Assembly: GCF_006345805.1 (NCBI RefSeq)
Contig: NW_021835333.1
Coordinates: forward strand, 1 to 57,105
Direction of reading: 5' to 3'
Length of the DNA stretch: 57,105 nt
Origin: Octopus sinensis
Lineage: Eukaryota
Below the pieces are notes generated by a model. The model saw nothing but the letters and a program-made list of their open reading frames with translations. It ran no database searches and had not been told where the DNA came from. Shown one piece after another: positions 53,140-57,105 of this stretch; the stretch's first letter is position 1; each line of letters opens with the position of its first letter. Made by a program: the position numbers and the translations under genes.

Positions 53140-53459
53140 TAGAGTAGCAGTACTCAAGTTTAATGAAGTAGTAAGAGTAAAGGTACCATCATACAATATA
53201 GGCAGATATGAAGGCGATAGTGATCGAAAAGGAAAGTTATAAGAAACTGGAAGAAATGTGTGGATATAGTATTGACACACCAGGAGTAAGGGTGGAATTC
53301 AAAGAATTGCCACCAGTAGTGGATTTAGTAGAAATTGAACCACTAATGAAATATTTACTAAAAAGTAAATATGTTAAATTGACAGGAAAAAAAAGAAAGG
53401 AAAAAGGGGAAAAAGAAAGAGTAAGTGTTTTTGTTATAATTAATAATATCGGAAAATAG
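53140..53459 (+). pseudogene. ORF-X paralogue 1, C-terminal part only
   Basis: VLKFNEVVRVKVPSY/MKAIVIEKESYKKLEEMCGYSIDTPGVRVEFKELPPVVDLVEIEPLMKY; frameshift before 53208. Confidence 0.65.
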
Positions 53460-55060
53460 TAGAACAATTTTAGAGAACGTATATAACGGTTCAAATAATT
53501 GTAATGGTAACCGATAATTAATTGCTAGTTAAATATATGATAAAAACGGATCATGCATGTGATGAGGGACGCATGCAACCATTCATAACCCCATTATTGT
53601 ATAATCATCTCATCATATTCGTTCTATGTATTGTCCCCTCTGTGGTGTCTTGTCTGTCCTTGTTTGTCCCACTCTATTTTGGGCCCTTGTGGCTAATAAA
53701 AACTCAGAGTAAAGTAGCAGTTTTTGTAGTTGAAAGCGTTATTTTTGAAGTTGAGTTATGGAAGACGGAGTGTTTTTTTGTTGAGTAGAGCGTTAATTAA
53801 TTGTTCGTTATTGCTGTTTGTTAATATTGTTAATTGCTGTTGTGTTATTTTTTTCCCATTCAGGGAAAAATGGAGAAAACGCCAGCGGGCGGCCACAGTT
53901 ATGCAGCTGCAACTGGAAAAGGAGCCGAAGAAAAAACGTTGGAGACATTCGAAATCAAAGTAGAACCCAAAAAAATGAAAGCATGCAAAAAGTTGCTGGA
54001 GAAGGAGAGCGAGACGTTAAAGTTGACGCCACCTGTAGAGCTGATAAACGGCATAACGAAGCGAACGGTCACGTATAAAAGCATGAGAATTGCAACAAGA
54101 AAGATAGAGATTGCGACAGTGGAGGAGATAGAAGAAGTATTGAAAAATATTAAAAAGTTGACAACTTTTAGAACAAGAGGAAGGAAGTATGCCACCGAGG
54201 ATGTGCGCTTTCCATCGAAAGACAAAAGGCCGACAGACAAAGAAAGTAGAGAGAAAGTGGAGCTACAAGTAAAGATACCAGTTGCTTCGGTAGAAAAGGA
54301 TTCGGAAATTCAGCCGGCCGAAGAAGAATTAGAGAGACTGTTTAGAGTGGAGGAGGAAAATAGAGAACAGAAAAGCCAAAATAAAGGAGAGAAAATTAGA
54401 GGGAACGGGGTATTATGGTATTACGTAACCTACGAGAAGAAAATACTTAAGTTCAACCAAATAGTAAGGGTAAAAATACCAGCATACATATATGCAGAGG
54501 ACATGAAGGCGATAGTAATTGAAGAGGAAAGTTATAAAAGACTACATCGACCCTTCAGGAATAAGGGTGGAATTCAAAGAATTGCCACAAGTAGTGGATT
54601 TAGTAGATATCGAACCACTAATGAAATATCACTAAAAAGTAAATAAGTATGTTAAATTGACAGGAAAAAAAAGAAAAAGGAGGAACAAAGGGAAAAAAGA
54701 AGAGTAATTTTTTTTTGTTATGTTTAATAATATCGGAAAATAGAAGAACATTTTTAGAGAACGTATATAACTGTTCAAATAATTGTAATGGTAGACGATA
54801 ATTAATTATTAGTTAAATATATGATAAAAACGGACAGTTTAAAAAGTTTAATGGTAATGCATGTGATGAGGGGCGCATGCAGCCATTCATAACCCCATTA
54901 TTGTATAATCATCTCATCATATTCGTTCTATGTATTGTCCCCTCTGTGGTGTCTTGTCTGTCCTTGTTTGACCCGCTCTATTTTGGGCCCTGTGGCTAAT
55001 AAAAAAATCAGAGTAAAGTAGCAGTTTTTGTAGTTGAAAGCGTTATTTTTGAAGTTAAGT
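53150..55060 (+). repeat. Direct repeat 53150-53757 ~ 54447-55060 (ORF-X 3' part, 3' UTR, AATAAA, ~55-nt trailer)
   Basis: Colinear; identity rises from roughly 78% in coding sequence to roughly 97% in the last ~145 nt before AATAAA. Confidence 0.9.
53870..54646 (+). CDS. ORF-X paralogue 2: ~260-aa Lys/Glu-rich protein of unknown function, possibly retroelement ORF1-like; C-terminus frameshifted
   Basis: Long non-repetitive ORF; ATG just after an acceptor-like ttttcccattcag (53863); N-terminal SYAAA; short deletion after YKRL shifts the IDPSGIRVEFKELPQVVDLVDIEPLMKY block out of frame. Confidence 0.55.
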   Translation: MEKTPAGGHSYAAATGKGAEEKTLETFEIKVEPKKMKACKKLLEKESETLKLTPPVELINGITKRTVTYKSMRIATRKIEIATVEEIEEVLKNIKKLTTFRTRGRKYATEDVRFPSKDKRPTDKESREKVELQVKIPVASVEKDSEIQPAEEELERLFRVEEENREQKSQNKGEKIRGNGVLWYYVTYEKKILKFNQIVRVKIPAYIYAEDMKAIVIEEESYKRLHRPFRNKGGIQRIATSSGFSRYRTTNEISLKSK

Positions 55061-55073
55061 CGTGGATGTGTGC

Positions 55074-55700
55074 TTCATGTCAGAAGAAGAGGCAATCAAG
55101 CACGCAACAGAGGCAATAATATCAGAGGAGTAGGTACTTTTGCCGGAAGAGTGAGCCCGCCGCCAGGTAACCAGAAAAAAAAAAGATGGAAAGGAAAGAT
55201 GCGACCAGAAGGAAGGAAGACAAAAGTGTGGTGGAGAGAGAAAGTGGAAAAATAATTGGGAAGGTGTGTGCGAATGAGTTACAGAAGGAAGAAGCATGGT
55301 TGAAGAGGTCAGTTGATTTGGCAAAAGAGAAAGATTCAGGAGCGCAACTACATGAGGGTGAGGTAGAGACATTGTTCACAGTAGAGACAGAGAAGGAGAA
55401 GGTTTCAGAAACGGAGGAGGGTATGATATGGAGGCATATATAATAATAGAGATAGAAAAAGTAGAAAGGAGAAAACCTAGAGGAGGACAGAACAAGTGGT
55501 ACTTCGTAACTTATGCCAAAAAACAAGGAGATGGAAAGAAGAATTGTGAAATTTCAACAGATCATAAGAGTGAAGTTGCCAAGGGATGTATACTCAGAAA
55601 ATTTAAAGGCCATTGTGGTCGATAAAGAAACATACAAGAGACTAGTAGACATGTGCGGAAATAAGATAGACCCACCCGGAGTATAGCCGGTCGAAGAAAA
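55074..55700 (+). pseudogene. ORF-X paralogue 3, more diverged and disrupted
   Basis: EGEVETLFTVETE ~ EEELERLFRVEEE; KWYFVTYAKK ~ LWYYVTYEKK; IVKFQQIIRVKLPRDVYSENLKAIVVDKETYKRLVDMCGNKIDPPGV ~ ILKFNQIVRVKIPAYIYAEDMKAIVIEEESYKRL. Confidence 0.65.
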
Positions 55701-55911
55701 TGGTAAAACAGAAGAAAGTTTATATATTTGTTTTGCAAGATTTTTGATGTGAAATCGTGTGTTGAAACGGATATTGTTGTATTTAGGAATGGTCATTTTG
55801 CCAGTTTAGCAATAAAAGCCATATATTTGGTAGTTTACCCAATACAAAACGCATATATTTGGTGTTACTTTCCTCAGGCGTTATTCATTTTACATTCTCT
55901 TAATCTTATTT

Positions 55912-55952
55912 CGGCCAGAGTTCTTTCGTCACACTCCTGTGACCTCATCAGG
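55912..55952 (-). ncRNA. Hammerhead-like core, antisense, at the 5' junction of the Penelope RT fragment
   Basis: CTGATGA-g-gtcac(aggagt)gtgac-GAAA-gaactc; 5' strand of stem I replaced by RT coding sequence. Confidence 0.55.
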
Positions 55953-57105
55953 ATCAACGACTGTAACAACACTTGCGACCTGACAGGATGTATGGTGGGT
56001 AGCATGGATGTGGTATCCCTATACCCATCGATCGACGTGGGTTTTGCGGTGGAGAAGTGCGTGGAGATGATCAACGAGAGCGAGGTGGAGTTCCGTAATG
56101 GAACTGGGCCTCCTACTTAGGCTGACATATGACAACGAATACCTAGATAAACATGATCTTAGTAGTTTCTGCCCCAGTAGACGTTTAAGAGGTAGACTAC
56201 CCACAATTACTTCTATGGCCAGGAAGATCCATATAGAGAGATGGAGCGGATGGACTAGAGCAATACGGACCCCTTCAAATGTCCATCAGGTAAAGAAAAT
56301 GATCGCACTTGCACTAGGAGCTAGTATAAGAGTTACCCTAAAAAGCCACACGTTTAAGTTTAACAACAAAATATATGCCCACGACGAGGGGGGCAGCCAT
56401 CAGCGTTAGTATCGCCGGTGATGCGGCCAACCTTTTCATGGTATGGTGGGACAGAAGGCTTAAGGAACGCCTGACACAGAACTCCATACTCGTGAACATG
56501 TACTCTCACTATGTTGATGATATAAACATAGTGGTAAAGGCACCCCCACAAGAGAGTACTCTTGAAATAGAAATAGAAACTAATACTATGGAGAACATTC
56601 AGCAAATAGCTATACCCCACTAAACACCCTAACCATAGACTACCAGTACTAGACAAGAACTCTGGCTGGAAACTGAGAATAATAAAACCCGAATCCTTCA
56701 TTCGTACTATGCCAAACCTATGGCCTCCAAATACTTGATCTACCGGAACTCAGCTATCGCACACAATGCCAAATTCAATATTTTGATGGCAGACCTCGTC
56801 AGAATAATGCGAAACGTGTCCCGTATGTGCGAGCCTACAGAGTTAAAAAGACACATACAACATTTCGTTCACCGCATGCAGTTCTCATGTTACAGCCACA
56901 AAGAAAGGATCAGAGTATACAAAGGAGCCATGAAGAAATTTGATACTATCTTATATAATGATAGGAATAGGATTTGCCCACTTTATAGGAGCAAGTCATG
57001 GAACACTATTGAAAGGACTAAGAAGAAAATAGGGAAGGCCAACTCTTGGTATGATAGCCACAAATACCAAAGTGTTTATGTTCCTCGACACTACACCTAG
57101 AGGCG
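55944..57105 (+). mobile_element. Penelope-like retroelement reverse transcriptase, 5'-truncated, frameshifted, running off the window
   Basis: Motifs SMDVVSLYPSID (56001), GGAISVSIAGDAANLFMVWWDR (~56390), YVDD (56510-56521), thumb YYAKPMASKYLI...SAIAHNAKFNILMADLVRIMRNVS; about three frameshifts. Confidence 0.88.

Overview
This is AT-rich, microsatellite-dense eukaryotic DNA with no intact host protein-coding gene that I can recognise. Most ORFs in the supplied track are (TA)n/(CATA)n/(TAT)n artefacts. The repeat families resemble those I know from octopus (coleoid cephalopod) genomes; that assignment is inference. The window holds (i) many tRNA-headed SINEs of four main families (called A-D here), (ii) hAT and Tc1 MITEs with verifiable TIRs/TSDs, (iii) four non-autonomous Helitrons, (iv) decayed RTE, R4/Dong and Tc1 coding fragments, (v) several Penelope-type minimal hammerhead ribozymes and a frameshifted Penelope-like RT at the right end. 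The most unusual region is 53.1-55.7 kb: three head-to-tail, diverged paralogues of an unrecognised Lys/Glu-rich ORF. Two of them end in a highly conserved 3' UTR whose last ~50 nt match the tail of SINE family A, and the array sits directly upstream of the Penelope-like RT. Other highlights are a tRNA-B-box plus hammerhead element forming an inverted repeat, SINE-A copies whose TSDs start with GGTA and which form multimers, and a hidden pair of paralogous decayed exons at 0.85 and 3.65-4.41 kb. Coordinates were read by eye and degenerate ends may be off by a few bases.
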